A stretch of DNA of 64,000 nt from the human T2T-CHM13v2.0 reference genome, Homo sapiens (GCF_009914755.1 NC_060927.1); one strand, 5' to 3'. Shown: positions 16,471 to 30,953, counted from the stretch's first letter. Numbers and translations are program-made. The notes: generated by a model not told the origin, from the sequence alone.

Positions 16471-17189
16471 AATCAGCAGAACCACTCTCAACCTAATAAG
16501 AGAATGAGTCATTAGTGGTAGTTTATGAAGATCACCGACATTCTCTTTGTTATGGAGTTTGTCCTTCCTGTGTTAAAATTTGGACACACTTTCTACTTGA
16601 ATCTAAAAAGGATGATTTCTAAGAAGTTACTGAAGCAATGCAAGATCAAAACATAATAACCACATTCATTCTTAATCAGCATTACAGTGAAAGTAATTTA
16701 CCACAGAACACATAATTAAGTCATAAATGAAATCTCAAGACAGAAATTGCTCCCCTTTTAAGATTTCTCATTGTCCATACACTCAGAAATGAGAAGAGGG
16801 ATTTTCTCATTCTGATCCTAAATCTATCACTGAAATGATGACTTCACTTGCATTTATGCATTTTGCTTTATTTTGTGATTACTTTATCTCACTATCCTCC
16901 CCTTTTTCTGCTTGTGTGATTGCCTTAATCCTTTTATCTAGAACCAGGGGGAGTTCCATTAGCTTCAGCTTTTTGGTATGCCTTAGCCACAGAAAACTAT
17001 TTTGTGATTCAAAACTGCTCTAAAATTCAGGACCAAATATCACATATTATGTACTCCCTAGACTTTTGAGAGTTTCACTCTAGATTATAGAGGACAAAAT
17101 CATCTCCCCACCTCCACCTTAGGGTATGTACTCCCCATCTCAAGTCATAAGATAAACCTATTGTGGTCAGAAGGCAGAGTACTCTAATA

Positions 17190-17308
17190 ACCTTGTTATA
17201 GTTGAAGAGACTGAGTCCATGAAAAAGTTACGGACCAAGGTTATACACAGAGCTGGTGACAGTCTTGAGGCTAAAACCCAACGTTTTACTCTTAGCTAAT
17301 GTTCTTTT
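17190..17308 (-). mobile_element. MIR/MIR3 fragment
   Basis: gaagagactgag...ccaaggttatacacagagctggtgacag. Confidence 0.55.
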
Positions 17309-17341
17309 GGGCTTAATGAATGAACTACTGCTGTGGAAATG

Positions 17342-17375
<34 letters not shown>
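17342..17375. repeat. T15-A19 self-complementary homopolymer junction
   Basis: Directly visible. Confidence 0.95.
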
Positions 17376-17959
17376 CCTTTCATTGTGTTTTGCCAGAATA
17401 AAGACTGAACATGGCCCTAGCGGAAGAGCTAAATTCATTATCTTTAAAAAATGAAATTTTCTCAAATCATAAATGCAGTCACCAAGTGTACCTTCTTTCT
17501 CTGCATTGCAGTACACCAAAATGCCAGTCCTCTCTACAAACACATTTTATGGATCCCAAAGCAGAGAGATTGACGTTGTTCCATTTCCTGTTCACAGTAT
17601 AATCAGGACAAAGGAATAAGATTAGTATTGTGCCATTTCCACGCGGAAAAAAAAATTGTTTTCTCCATGTGACTGTCAGTGTATGTCAAAATGATAATGG
17701 GGAATGTGTAATACAAGATATTGCTACTTATCAATGGACTGTGAAAAGAAAATTAGCTCAAGCATCCCTTGATATAAAAAGCAAATATGAGGTCTTGAAT
17801 CACACCATCCTGCTATCAACATGTTTTGTTACAAGTCAGTTTATGTTCCTTGAGTACCACGTGGTTTACAGTGCATTTCTCTGACAGCAATACAGAACCT
17901 CAAACAAATATTACCCTTGCCTCCAATACCAACCAACATTAAATACAAGTTCTATTCCT

Positions 17960-18454
17960 GAACTCAGTGGCATTCAGAAATTCAAAATGCTTAGATGCCC
18001 TCTCCATCGATTTGCTTCTCTGGGTATTGGGCTGACTTCCTGTTCATCAGGGGGTGGTGGTGGTGGCTGGAGGAGGAAGTAGATGGTTTTAACCATTTGT
18101 AGGTCTAATTACTCAAGCTCAGTGAGCCCACATTGAAGAAGGAGAAGGAGAAGAAGAAAAATTCTCTTTCCTATTGTTCATATATAAAATCCCAGGGAAA
18201 GATTCTAATCAACTCTGTTTGGATCACATGCTTACTCCTTGGGCCAATCGCTGTGGCCAAGGGACAGTGTAGCTTAATTAGGCAAGCCTGGTTACATTCC
18301 CATCCTGTTGGCTTGGAAAGGGGGATACTATGACCAGTAAACCACCCCAAATCATATGAAATGTAGGAGAACGGTTATTTAGTGAAAATGAAGCACTATT
18401 ATCAGAAAGAGTTGGAAGTTATACTAGCAGACAGAAACAACAACACTCCACTGC
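17960..18454 (-). mobile_element. MLT1K-like LTR
   Basis: aaatcccagggaaagattctaat...ggatcacatgc...ggccaatcgctgtggccaaggg. Confidence 0.7.
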
Positions 18455-18783
18455 CTTTCAAATAAGTTTATTATGAAATGAAACTACGGCTCCTCTTTTC
18501 TAACAGACCGATTTTGTGATTAGAAGTAATAGGTTTTTCTCAACCAACAAGCTCAACTAGTTTAGCTCTTTCTACCAGATGAGCCAAGAATAAAGGACAC
18601 ATAAGGGTCTCAAAGATTATGCTTTCTATCCTGCCCAAATTCTGTAACCATTACCTTTTCAGTAGGTGATACATTTCCCAATTTAGACTTCACATTATAG
18701 AAAAAAACCATCCTTCACTGAGTTGTATTTGATACCGAATGCCTGCATTTTCATGTACTAGTCATTATTCCATCTTTCCTTAA

Positions 18784-19105
<322 letters not shown>

Positions 19106-19284
19106 GAAGGATACCCATTTTTAAAATACCATTTAATTTAAAGTTACCAGATGAAAGCTGCCCACTGTAATTCCAGGGAAATTTTACTCTTAGTTTTCTT
19201 CTTTATGGTCACCCAAATCTAGATGATTTGAATTCTTCTTCTGCAGTAAAATTAATTATAATCATAGCTTCCAATTTTTAGCTG

Positions 19285-19495
19285 CTACTTATTGAGTGCT
19301 GACTATTCTTGGCATCAGCTATATTATCATTAATCCTCATACCAGCAATTATTATCATCTCCATTGTATAGCTGGGGAAACTGAGATAGAGTTCAAAGAA
19401 TTTACTCAAGGTCATACAGCTGAGAAGTGACACATCTTGGAATCAAACCCACCTCTATTTCACTACCAAATGCCTTCTCCTAACTATATACTCTA
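19285..19495 (-). mobile_element. MIR
   Basis: ttattgagtgctgactat...ggaaactgaga...caaggtcatacagct. Confidence 0.8.
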
Positions 19496-20178
19496 CCCCT
19501 GCATCGCGAGCATCAGGCACCGAGTCTCTCCAAGGCTCTGTGATAAATACTACTCTTGTGTGACCTCATGTCACCCTCACTTTTCACTTGGAATATAAGG
19601 ATTCCCATTCCCATGTCACAGGTGAGGAAACTGAAGCTTAAAGAAATTCATCAACAGACCTAGTTTGCCCTGTATATAGAAAAGCTCAGGTAGTCTCATA
19701 TTTTAATCTCTTTTTAGCCTCCTTTTGTTTTGTTTCACTCAGTTCAGTCTTAACGAGTCTTAATAGTCAAGAAAATAAAATCATAGTAAAGAAAACAACA
19801 AAGGTATCTCATAAGGACAAGAACTAATCCATCCCACTCCTACTGGGCTGGCTCCTTTTGGCAGTGGTGATTGCTTTCTCAGATGTCTTAATAGAAGAGA
19901 GAATTTGTGAAAGCAGAGAGCCCCATTAATAAGGAAGGAAGAACCTGCAAGGTGCAAATAACTAATCTCTTGTTGCTTTCCTGTTAAGGTACCATGCATG
20001 TGTCAAAAATCAAAACCAGGGAGCCCAGCCTCTAATATGAGAAGATTCCAGATTTCAAAAGCACTAGGTACTATTTGATAAACCAAACATTTTCCCTGTT
20101 ATTGCTAGAAGCAGACACACATAGGCACATTTGCATCCTCTATATTGATACTTCTCAAATCATCCATAGTAAAGGGCG

Positions 20179-20213
20179 TGTGTGTGTGTGTGTGCGTGTG
20201 TGTGTGTGTGTGT
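20179..20213. repeat. (TG)n microsatellite
   Basis: Directly visible, one CG interruption. Confidence 0.95.
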
Positions 20214-20689
20214 ATTTAACCTCTATTTACGGCAGTCTGATTCATGACCCTACTGTAAATGACTACTACATAGTTCATACCACATGTGACTTGCCACACA
20301 AGTCTGATCACATTGGAACTGGTCTTCTCCTTGTTCAATAGGATAAGGCCACCAATTATACACTTGGATGTCATGGTGACTTCAAATTGCTATAAAGTTT
20401 CTTATCCAAGACTGACAACTTGCATTTCTTCAGGACTGGCACTGATCCTCCAGCGACATTTTGAATGGCCTACTCCATAATTTTTTGATACAGGGTAGCA
20501 AATACTATGCCTATAGTGGCAAGGAAGTGTGTACTCTGCTGAGGAAGTCACCTCTGCAGCCACCAGAATGACATTTCTGAAGCCAGTGAGAGCAATATCA
20601 GAGAGCATGAATATTGTAAATACGTTTTGATCTTATAGATAACCTGAATTTTGCTGTGTGCACTATTAATAACTAATATTTGTAAGAAT

Positions 20690-20885
20690 CTCAACAATTT
20701 TCAAAATGCTCTCTTATATGTTAACAAATGTAGCCCTACTACAATCCTGTAACATAGTATCCTTACCCACCCCCCCACACACGCACACATACAAAGACCA
20801 CCACCTCCACCCCATTTTTCAGATGAGGATAATGGGGCTTAGAGTATTTGGGTGACAAGGCTAAGCTCACATAATAAGTTTTACA
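20690..20885 (-). mobile_element. MIR with internal C/CA-rich insertion
   Basis: cccatttttcagatgaggataatggggcttagag. Confidence 0.6.
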
Positions 20886-22134
20886 GGCTAGCAGGAATAA
20901 CACCAAAGTTTCATTTTATTTGCCCACTCCAAAGAACTGATAATGACAGCCAGCCAGGAAGCTACTTGGAGGCTGTGTCTGGGTTCAGTGGGTAAAGAGT
21001 CTTTGAGAGATTAGCAATGTCTGCCGGGTAAGACCAGATACACTGGATACCCTTGGATAGATTCCAATCCAGGTAGCCTAATTTCCTTTTCCACATCCTT
21101 TAGCACTCCACATAGAGTTGTTTCTCACAAGTATCCACATTTAAAAGAGGTAACCTCCCAGAACAGAAACTAGCTGACATTTTGGAGGCAAAGTCTGTTT
21201 CTCTTGCGCACTGAAGACAAGAAGAGTCAATTTGTGATACGTGTTACAGAGATAATACACATCTAAACAGCGGTGATAAATGCATGGGAATTACAGGCAA
21301 AACCAAGGTGATACAAAGTTTCCAAAGATTAGATGTATCTCAGATTAAACTCTCCAGATTATACTAATCAATTACAGAAATGGGGCTGAGTGGGAGTAGT
21401 CACTGAAGCCACCGTTGATGTACTTTCCCTAACCATTTTATGCAGGCATTCCTTCATGGGGGTCTCCTCAAGTCACTGGAGTCCTCAGCAGGGGAAAGGA
21501 AAACAGCAATAGAGAAGGAGGTTAGGCTCTTGGGCTTCATTTTGGGAGTCACAGTACTAAAACATCACCTCATGATTAGCAGATAAAAGGTGCTGCCCTG
21601 GGCTCAGGCAATTACAGGAAGAAACAACCCTAAAGCAGAATTCACAACATACTGAGTTCATGAGGAGGGCGATGAGGCTGATGTGGGGACTGGCTTTTCT
21701 TCTTGGTGACTCAAAGACAAAGCCAGCAGTACTTATTTAAAACATGCCACGTGCTCATGTTTATGTGAGGAGTAGAAGACAACGGCTTTGGTAAAGGAGA
21801 AAATTCACTGCATAATTGAATCTTTGAAATTCCAGAGGGAATGGCCTTTTCTGAGAACAATGTCTGTTATTAACAGAAGAATTTCAAGGCCAAATGCAGA
21901 GTTTTCCACCAGGTTGCATAGTGAGAGTCATATTTTGAATGGATATATAGTTTTTAAAAAAAAGAACTCTGAAGAGTTATGGATGTTTCTCAATATCTTT
22001 CTCAAGAAGGCAACAGATTTTGGACTCAGCAGATAACCCTTTATCCTATAGCTGTAGTGATGATGACATGATAAGCTGTGTAGCCTGAGCTTAGATGCAG
22101 AAGTGAATTCTGGGCAAGGGTCCCACTAACCTGT

Positions 22135-22640
22135 CTTCCCTGGGCTCCAGACCCACATCCCTAGCTCCTTGTTGGGGGCTCCAACTTGTACAGCCAGCAC
22201 ATCAGGCTCAGAAGGTACAAAGTTGACATATCAATTTTCCCATGGAAAGAGATCTTGTTTTGACAACACTAGTCTTTCAGTTACCTAGACTCAAAATCTA
22301 GAAGCAGCCCTGCTCACCTTCATCTCCTTCACAGCCTGAACTGAGTCAAGGGTCAAATCACATAGCTGGGTTAGAGATATTTTTGACACAATTCCTTCCT
22401 TCCTTTCCACCCACTTTGAGTTGGCACTTGCTTAAACACTCCCTGTTTTACCTCTGGATGGTTACAGTGCCCCTCACTTGTTTCCTCATCTCCAGTAATT
22501 ATCCATTCCAACCCATCCTTTAAACCCATGCCAAAATCACTTTCATAAAGCTTACCTCCACATTCAAATCTCAGTACTCTACCAGGCACATGGTGGCTAT
22601 TCAGGTAATATTTTCTGGATGGATGGATGGGTAGATGGAC
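22135..22640 (+). mobile_element. L2 fragments ending in (TGGA)n
   Basis: ctgggctccagacccacat...; ccaggcacatggtggctattca...ggatggatggatgg. Confidence 0.65.
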
Positions 22641-22750
22641 AATGTATTTACTGATCATTTACTATATGCCTGACATTGTGCTGGGTATTAAAGACAGCAG
22701 GAAACAAACCAACTTCTAACAAAACACTTCCCTGCTCATGAGCCTTGAAT
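22640..22750 (-). mobile_element. L2 3' end, opposite orientation
   Basis: tatttactgatcatttactatatgcctgacattgtgctggg. Confidence 0.65.
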
Positions 22751-22854
22751 GGCCAATTAACATAAATGGTTCATTCCAGCATTCAAGCCCTTCTGCAGCA
22801 CAGCCCCATTCTAATTGTTTCACTGGTCACCTACTCTCCCATCTGTCCTCTAGC

Positions 22855-23080
22855 CAAGGGTTTCTGACCTTAGCACTATTGACATTTTGAGCCAGACAAT
22901 TCTTTATTGCAGCTGCTGTCTTCTGTATTACAGCATGTTGAGCAGCATCCCTGGCCTCTACCTACTTGATGCTAGTGGCACACAGCCCCACTCAAGTTGG
23001 GACAAGCACACATGCCTCCAGACAATGCCAAATGTGCCCCGGGGGAGAAGAGTCAAAAAGAACCCAACTGAGAACCACTG
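22855..23080 (-). mobile_element. MER20 (hAT-Charlie)
   Basis: gcagcatccctggcctctacc...ccagacaatgccaaatgt...tgagaaccactg; flanks carry the nTCTAGnn hAT target. Confidence 0.92.
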
Positions 23081-23692
23081 GTCTAGGGTGGCGCCCAATT
23101 TACACCCACTGTCCTAGGGAAATTATTAATAGTACTCCCCTTTCACTTTCACATGTGTTCCAGTTTAGAAGACAAACTAGATTGGTTCCCTGCTTAAATC
23201 TCCCGAGACAGCAACCTTGCTCTGTTCTCATGCAGATTGAAGAGGAAAGCAACAAATTAGTATGAAGCCTTCAGCTTCCAAGCAACACTTTTTTTTTTTC
23301 TGGTGAACCGGTCTCCTCTTTAAAGATTCAACTTCTCTCTTCTTCTTTCAGCACATGCAGTACTGGGAAGTAAAACTGGCCCAAATGCTCTGCAGGGAAA
23401 TGTGAGGATCATAAGCTATCCTCGCCTCTCAAAAAAGAATCACAAAAATATTTACAGCTTTTCTCAAAAAGTTTCATGTTCCAAAGATCCCCTTCTACGT
23501 CATTCTAACCCCAAATGCCTCAAAAAGAAGTTCAAAGCTCTCAAGTCCATCGATCCAACTTCTTCTCTGGCCAAAAAACAATTTCGTGCCATGTGTTAAT
23601 GCAAAGGGCTCATGCTGTATTCACGAAATGCCAAGACACCTGGTTAAAAAGTTCAAAAAAGTTAAAAATTGATCCATAATTTCGACTAGCAT

Positions 23693-23858
23693 GGTAGTTC
23701 TCAAGCTTTACTGTTTCAGAATTCCCTGGAGTGCTTGCTGAATTGGAGGTTACTGAGCCCCAGTCAGCAGAGTTGCAGATTTAGTAGGTCTAGGGTGAGG
23801 CACAATAATTTGCATTTCCAAGTTCCCAGGTGATGCTGATGCTGCTGGTCCAGGGATC
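23693..23858 (+). mobile_element. MER5A
   Basis: gtaggtctagggtgaggc...aatttgcatttc...aagttcccaggtgatgctgatgctgctggtccaggg. Confidence 0.88.
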
Positions 23859-25424
23859 TAGAAGATGCCCGCTGCTCCCTGCTTATTCCCTCACAGACTG
23901 AAACGTACGATATTATGGGGTTAGGACCGTGGGCTTGGGAAAGAAGGGAGGGAGGTCAGGAGACTTCATCCGGCTGCTTGCTTAGGTTTTGTGTTTTTCA
24001 TTTTTTTTTTTTTGCCAGTTAGTCAGAAGAAAACGATTTTACCCTGGCCTGTGCTGGGCACCATGCTAGGCACTAGGGATGCAGCAAGAACCAGACAGAC
24101 CTTGCCTCCTGCTGTTTTCCCCTTTAGAGCCACAAGCTCTTCTATGGGCTCCAATTCCATTCCTTCTAGCACTCCCTTTCAGTTCATCAGCTGCTAATCA
24201 GCACCTTCAATCACTCTCCAAATCCCCACAAGACAGCTTCCATTTTTCAAAAGCAAAGCCAAAGGGAAAATCAAGAGTTTTTAGAAGCATCTCCTATTTC
24301 GGCAAGTGCTTCCCTTTTTGACTCTGATCCATTTCATCAAAAACCCTTATTAGAGTGGTCCTTCCCAGGTGTATCTTTTTAGTTACCTCTGGAGATAGGA
24401 GGTGCATCCAGTTTATTCTTTCTGCTTTGTTTCCTGTCCAGAGGAGAAGAGTGCTTTGATCCAACACTGACAACCACGTCTGCAGGGGCCTCAGACTTGC
24501 TTCCAGGGAACAATCACTCAGCCTATGATTTTGAATGCTTCTTTTGTCACTGTCACCAAAGCCTGAGGGAAAGCAATCTACACGCTGGTTGACCTCTGAG
24601 GCGACTGCCAGAGGTGCCAGCTGTTTCCCCTAAACTACTACTCACTGTTGAATGTCTAGGTTTCCATCTCCCAGGGAAGACATTGCCCCAGCTTACCTCT
24701 TCATCATCATTTGGGAAGGCCAGAGAAGTGTGGGCGAAGCCATCCTGCCTGGCGTCCTCAAGACTCTTGTCTGATACCAGGGCTCTCTCTGGGTCTATAA
24801 TCTTTGTTCAGGGAATAGGGAAAATGTCCTGTGATTTGTTAATCCCTCCTGTGCAGTGAGGGGGAAGTTTTAGAGTAACTATTTATATTTTTGTGATATC
24901 AGGAGCATCTAGATATCTTTGCTTACAAGTTTTTTTTTATAATTTTAGCAAAGGAAAATTTTATAGTTTTTAGCAAAGGAAATTTTACCTTTCATCATAA
25001 TAAAAAATGTATTCTAGAGGCCATTATTCATGGGTTAATATTATCAGGGAGCTAACGATGGCTTAACAAGAGATGGGAAGCCATTTTGGAAGTGTTCTAT
25101 TATGGAAAGAGGGAGGGCCTGTGACATGGATTCATATATCATATTCATATGGATTCATATGCCAGCCATGCGTCAGCCATGAGTAACATCATTTCTTAAG
25201 ATGTCAGAGTTTTTCCCAAGCACATATGCCCTCAGGATGAGAAACAACTCGTCTGTTTGATAAAAAAAGAAAAAAAAAAGAAAAAAAAAGATTTTAGTTC
25301 AAGAATTTTATAGATTACAAATTTCAGAGATTCTTTATTCCAGTATAGAGACACAGAAATCAAAAAGAATCATCACTCAAATATACATAGGTCTATTAGG
25401 TGGGGACACCTGGTAGATGTAATT

Positions 25425-25516
25425 ATAGTTTCATATGCCTGTATTTAATGCCACTGAACTGTACTCCTGAAAATGGTTAAAATAGTAAATTTTATGTTAT
25501 GTGTATCTTACCACAA
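25425..25516 (+). mobile_element. L1MB 3' terminal fragment
   Basis: atgccactgaactgtac...aaaatggttaaaatagtaaattttatgttatgtgtatcttaccacaa. Confidence 0.8.
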
Positions 25517-26048
25517 ATATATATATGTATATATGCAGAAAAAACATATATAAATATATATTCATTAATTAGGTATCTGAATAGGGAGCTATGATCTTAA
25601 AAAAGATTATTTTTTCCTAAATGGCAATGTGAATTTCATGTGGCTTAAAATCTTCTAGTATGGATTTTTGGTGTTTGATAAGCTACATTATTTAAACTAG
25701 AATAATCTGGAATTATAGAGAAGTATTTGGCTTCTGGGGCCACTGGGGCAGGGGCAGGGAGGGAGTGTGGGAGCAGCACCCCCTCCCCAGCCCCTGCTGC
25801 TGTGGGAGTTGGGATGGGGATGGCACTTCCCTCAAAGGAGACCAATGTTCCATTGTCAGTCAACTTAGGGCACAAAACAGTCTTCAAGAGAGAAGAGGTG
25901 GAGGGGACTCATACCTTTGGTGGGAGATAAGCCCCTGCTACAGGGTAACACAGGTGAAGGTCAAAATGACTAGTAGAGAACACCTCCTGCCACTAAGGGG
26001 TAAGAGTAGTAACATGTAAAATCCAGCTTTAAGCTTTACTTTCCTGTG

Positions 26049-26597
26049 TTAGTATCAGACACTGCTGGTTGTCTACCTACTTTCTGTTCCCCCTTCTTAC
26101 CTCACTAACGTAACTCCAATTTTGAGAGGAAGCTACCCTTTTTCATTTGTTCAACTTCTTCTTGGGAAGCTAATCTTACCCTTGACCCAACTGGCCTAAG
26201 CCACTGATAGGAATAGGAAGATGATACAATTCCGGTCATTCACATGCTCAGCTAGCTGAGGAGACATCTGTGAAACAGTTCCTTGTCCATCAAAAGAGAC
26301 ACATAAGAAGAAATGAGAATCATTCTTTTCCAACTGTTAATGGGTCTAGATAGGATGGCTATACTACTGTAGTTATTGTGTGACCATGAAGTGTGCTAAC
26401 CTTGAGCCAGAAGCCAATGCAGGGAAATTGAAGAGTAGAAAGAAGGGAAGATGTTATATTCTTGAGTATGACATTTATGCAACTGATGTAACCATTCATT
26501 ATCTCAAAGGTGGAACTATCCTACCCTTAAACTCCTTACTGTTGGAACTTTTTGAATCATGATTTCTATAATGTGCTGCCAAAATCATTCTACTTAA
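26049..26597 (+). mobile_element. MLT1J-like LTR
   Basis: cagacactgctggttgtctacc...ccccttcttacctcactaac...gtgaccatga...gctgccaaaatcattc. Confidence 0.65.
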
Positions 26598-29479
26598 CTG
26601 GTTCAGAATTGTAATTCTTTCAGGTTTTTCCTAAAGCCATTGAAAAATGGTTTGTCATAAATGACTGTGTAGAGTTGACAGGGCCTTTGGAAAACTGAGT
26701 GGGTGCTGATGACCATACAGGGATAAAGTGGTCATGGAACAACCTCTGCGACATGAAGATATGGCTGCAAGCAGCAAGAGATAACAAGCAGGAAGGCCCA
26801 GAGCAGTGATCCATAGCATAAAGTGACAAGTGACAGGAGGGACAGGCTTGTGGGACATGTAAACAAGCCCTATGGTTCTTCAGAAATACGAGTGGAGAGG
26901 AGGTCATTTAAGACATTGACCATGTTCAGACATGCAGAGTAGAGGCTTGGGCTATGATCATCAGATACCAAAAGAAAAAGTAAAAAGATGAAGATTTTAG
27001 AGGGATTCAGATAATACTGGCTATAAGGAATATCACAGGATCTCCTGCCAAGAAAATGAGATTCCTATGTGATTTCTTATATCTCTCCATATGTTTCCTA
27101 TAAGAATACTAGCCATCAAAATGACAAATTCAAATTGGTATATTCAGACAAATAGAAAGAAAGTATTTCCCTATCCCTCAAATGAGTTGGATAACCATGA
27201 ATGGTGAGTCAGATGAGAAAGAAAATGCAACAGCTCTCACTCAGACCTGGACAAAATGTTAAAAGATTTAGTAGGATGGTCAAAAACATAGTTTTCACCT
27301 TAACTGCTTACTTTCAACTCTTCATTGGAATAAATGCATATAGGCCAAATTAATAAGGAATAAGTAGTTATATTTTAGGTTAATAGTTGTACCATTATTA
27401 GAAAAAATCTGCCTCATATAAATGCAGCCATGAGCACTTCCTCTCCTTTAAAAACTAGTATAATAAAAGGAATGACTGATTGTACTTGGCATATTTCCCC
27501 TCTCTGTGGTTGCATTTCACTGCAGTTATGAAAACATAATATAATTTTTCCCAAGGCCATGGTTACCTGACAGAAGCATTTAAAAACCAACTACACTTTG
27601 GACTTCCAGGCACGTGTGTGTGTGAGTCATAAGACAGTTCAGAAGAGAAATTCATATTTGACATCCAGAGCTCCATCTTCCCGCCTCAAGTGTCTGTGTG
27701 GATGTACTTACTCCAGTCTTACCTGAGTTTCAATAATATGGGTTTGTCACAGGTTGTTATGGGCTCTAACTAACAGCTGTCCACTGCACTGAGAACTATT
27801 ATTTTCAGAGGCAGGTCAGAAGCCCATTTCTGACTCTCACGCATTGTAAAGAAATGCTGACCCCAAAGTGGGATTCTTTCTCAAATACACTCACCCTGTA
27901 AGCACCAGGTAGAGCCAGGAGCTTTCAAAAGTGCTCTGAGTTTAAACATTTCACAGCATGAGGAACACAGCCGAAGAGAAAGTGCAAGAAAAACAATATA
28001 AAGACATTATTAACTGTGTGATCACACAAGAGTGAGGCCTCCAGATGGGCCACCTCATAGTTATTGACGAGCGTTTAGAGAAGAACATTCATTACTCGAT
28101 ATTGACGCTAACGAGAAAGGGTTTGAGAGCAAGTTTAAAATGTAGAAGGAGGAAACACCCAAACCCCATCCCCATGGCAGCTAATTCACTGTTCCCAACA
28201 ATTCTGCATGCTATTTTTTTTACTCCCCTTGTTCATATCTTATACTGTGATTAAACCCAAGCATTCTGACTGTAAACCCTTTTTTTCTGTCTATTTCGCA
28301 TAGGCTTGGTGTGTTAATCAAACTGTCAGCAAAGGAAAAAAAAAAGAAGAAGAAGAAAGGGCACATTCTATCCAAATGAAGAAAAATCTGAGCTTTCTAC
28401 AACAAACACATTTTCCAGTGGATGAGCTTCTCACACAGTAATTATTTCACTTCTCCCAGAGATTACTGATTACATCACACAGAAAAACTAAATGAGGGCT
28501 GTTTTATCTTTCTCATCTCTCTGTGGTTCTTGTGCAAACTTATACTTGTTATCATGAAAAATGACAAATTTGCCATCTGATCAAAATGTTAACAAGGTAA
28601 CTGTCAGTGAGATGGATCTCTGACTGTCACTGCAAGCCAGAACATGAGGATACATTGATATTTCTCAATACAGCCCCTGCTTCCCCAACGTTCACTAACT
28701 ACATTTCCACAGTAAGGTAATAAATCACTCAGAAATAACGAGCTATATAGGATCTCTGGGGTATGATAGATGTGTCCTAACAGCACTATCTGCAAGATAG
28801 AAAACAATTGATAATGATCTAAAGAAAACCCTAATCAACTGCCATTTTCCATAATGGGGTAGATGAAGCAAAGATATGAAATCTTAACTATGTGATGCAT
28901 GTTATGACAAAACCGGACTGCTCCAAAAAAAACCCACACAGCCCCAAACAAAACACAAATGACCTAACATTACGTAGGGTCGAATAAATGAAAAATAAAG
29001 TTAATAACACAGTCTGGATACAAACATTATATTGGACACTGGCAATGATGGGATAATCACAGCAATTGCTGGGTCCACAAACAGCTAAATAGTGGAGGGT
29101 TCCTCATATAACATGAATGAAGACTCTGGCTCAGTTATTGGTTTAATGAACTCTCCTCCAATACTTTTATGTTCTTTAAGACTCTTTGGGCCACATTATT
29201 TCTGAGCCTTTAATTCAATGGTTTAACCAATCATTTCCCCCACCCCCCCTCCCCCGCCCCTTAGCAACGTGGCCAAGTGCCACATCCAAAGGAACCAAGA
29301 GAGAAGAGAAGGAGAAGTCCATATGGAAATAGGAGGTAATCAAAGACAGAACACAAGATAGAAAACTTCTGCAAGAAGATCATGGCTTCAGATCACAGGG
29401 ACAAAGAAGCATGGCATCAAACTGCCAAGAAGCTGCCTCATAACGACATCCCTTTAGGTTTTAAGGTTAAGAAGTCTCA

Positions 29480-29815
29480 CATAGCCACAGTTGGTCTCCT
29501 GCCTGTCCCCTCTGCTCGTTTGTCTTTGGCCATTCCTGCTTCTGCTGTTTGTAGAATACTCCAAGCGCCTTCCCTCCCCAAGACCTTGTGCCTGCTCTTC
29601 TCTCTCTCTCAGGGATCTCTCTCCTCCCTGGCTCCTTCCCTTCATCCAGCTTAAATCTTCCCCAAGGAACCTGCCTTGCCCTTCGGTTTCAAAGTAGCCT
29701 CTACTACCACCCCTTTGGTCTCTATCAGCTTCATCGATAGCAGAAAGAACCATGTCTGTCTGGACCACTGTAATTTCCAGGCTTCTAGCACTTTCTCTTC
29801 TCTAGTAGGGATTAA
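29480..29815 (+). mobile_element. L2 fragments
   Basis: Pyrimidine-rich L2-like text (ccaagaccttgtgcctgct...ctggctccttcc). Confidence 0.55.
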
Positions 29816-29831
29816 GCACAGTCCCAATCCT

Positions 29832-30060
29832 GGGCTCTGGGATACAGGACTGACTAGCCTTGAATCTAGTGCCACAACTAAGTACCTGTGTCCCACTGTG
29901 CAAGCACTCAATTTCTATGTGCCTCAGGTCCCTCATTTGTAAAACAGAGAGAATAGCAATGCCTATAAATGACAGCGTTTTGAAGACTAAATCACTTTAT
30001 CAATGTAAAGAGCCTGAGATAGTATCAGGCATACAGGAATCCATCAATCAGCTGCTGTTT
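29832..30060 (+). mobile_element. MIR
   Basis: gtgcctcaggtccctcatttgtaaaacag...atgtaaagagcctgagatagt. Confidence 0.8.
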
Positions 30061-30789
30061 TTATAAGAGCAAGAACAGAGGTAATTCAGACATAAAGTGA
30101 ATTAATTCATGATTATAGACGTTAGATCAATGAGTCACCTTCATCATTCCAGGTTTTTATTTTACCATTAGCCAAAACAGTATTGTGCTCCTTCTAATTC
30201 CATATTCTCAGACTACATGGAATGAATGGGTATTGGTCTTTAAGCCTCTTTGAGCAATGCCAATAAATACAGTCACTTCCAATTTGAGGGCACTTGGAAT
30301 AGCAGTGCTATTGTTCCTTTGACATCTCAACAGCACTTGAAAGTGAAAGAAAAAAAAATAGATTAATGGATGTATTCCCTAAAGCAACAAACATGTTTGA
30401 TGTATAAACATATGTTATGGGCAATGACGCTGTACCTTTGGTGCCACGTCTCAACAATTCTCTTTTCATCTATCCCCTAATCATGCAACTGAATGCTTCC
30501 AGTAGGCCACACAGTAGGGACAAAATGATAGTAAGACCACCTGGCTATAGATACCTGCTTCTAGAGAGGCCAGGTTCCAACCCATTACAAGCTGATAACC
30601 ATATGTATGATTTTTGCTACACTGGCCAAGTATTTGGATCTTTTTTAAACATATTTGATTATTTACCCTTTGATTAGAATTTGTGAATAAAAATGTCTTT
30701 TAAGAGACACAAAGGAAGGGGGTATGGGCAATAGCTCATTACTAAAAATCATTTTAGTGTGGAAAGTGGGCTTCACTATTCCTATAAGG

Positions 30790-30953
30790 CAGTCATTTTC
30801 AAACTTCAGAGCATCACAAGCCCCCTGTTAGATTCTAATAGAACCCTGAGGAAAATGCACATACACATAAATGTTCACATATAATTTCTACAGGTTGAAG
30901 GACCTCCCAAAACAAAACAAATCTATCAACCACAAACTCCAGTGTAAAAAACT
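30790..30953. mobile_element. hAT-Charlie MITE (MER117-like)
   Basis: cag...ctg termini; gaaaatgcacatacacataaa...tataatttc. Confidence 0.55.
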
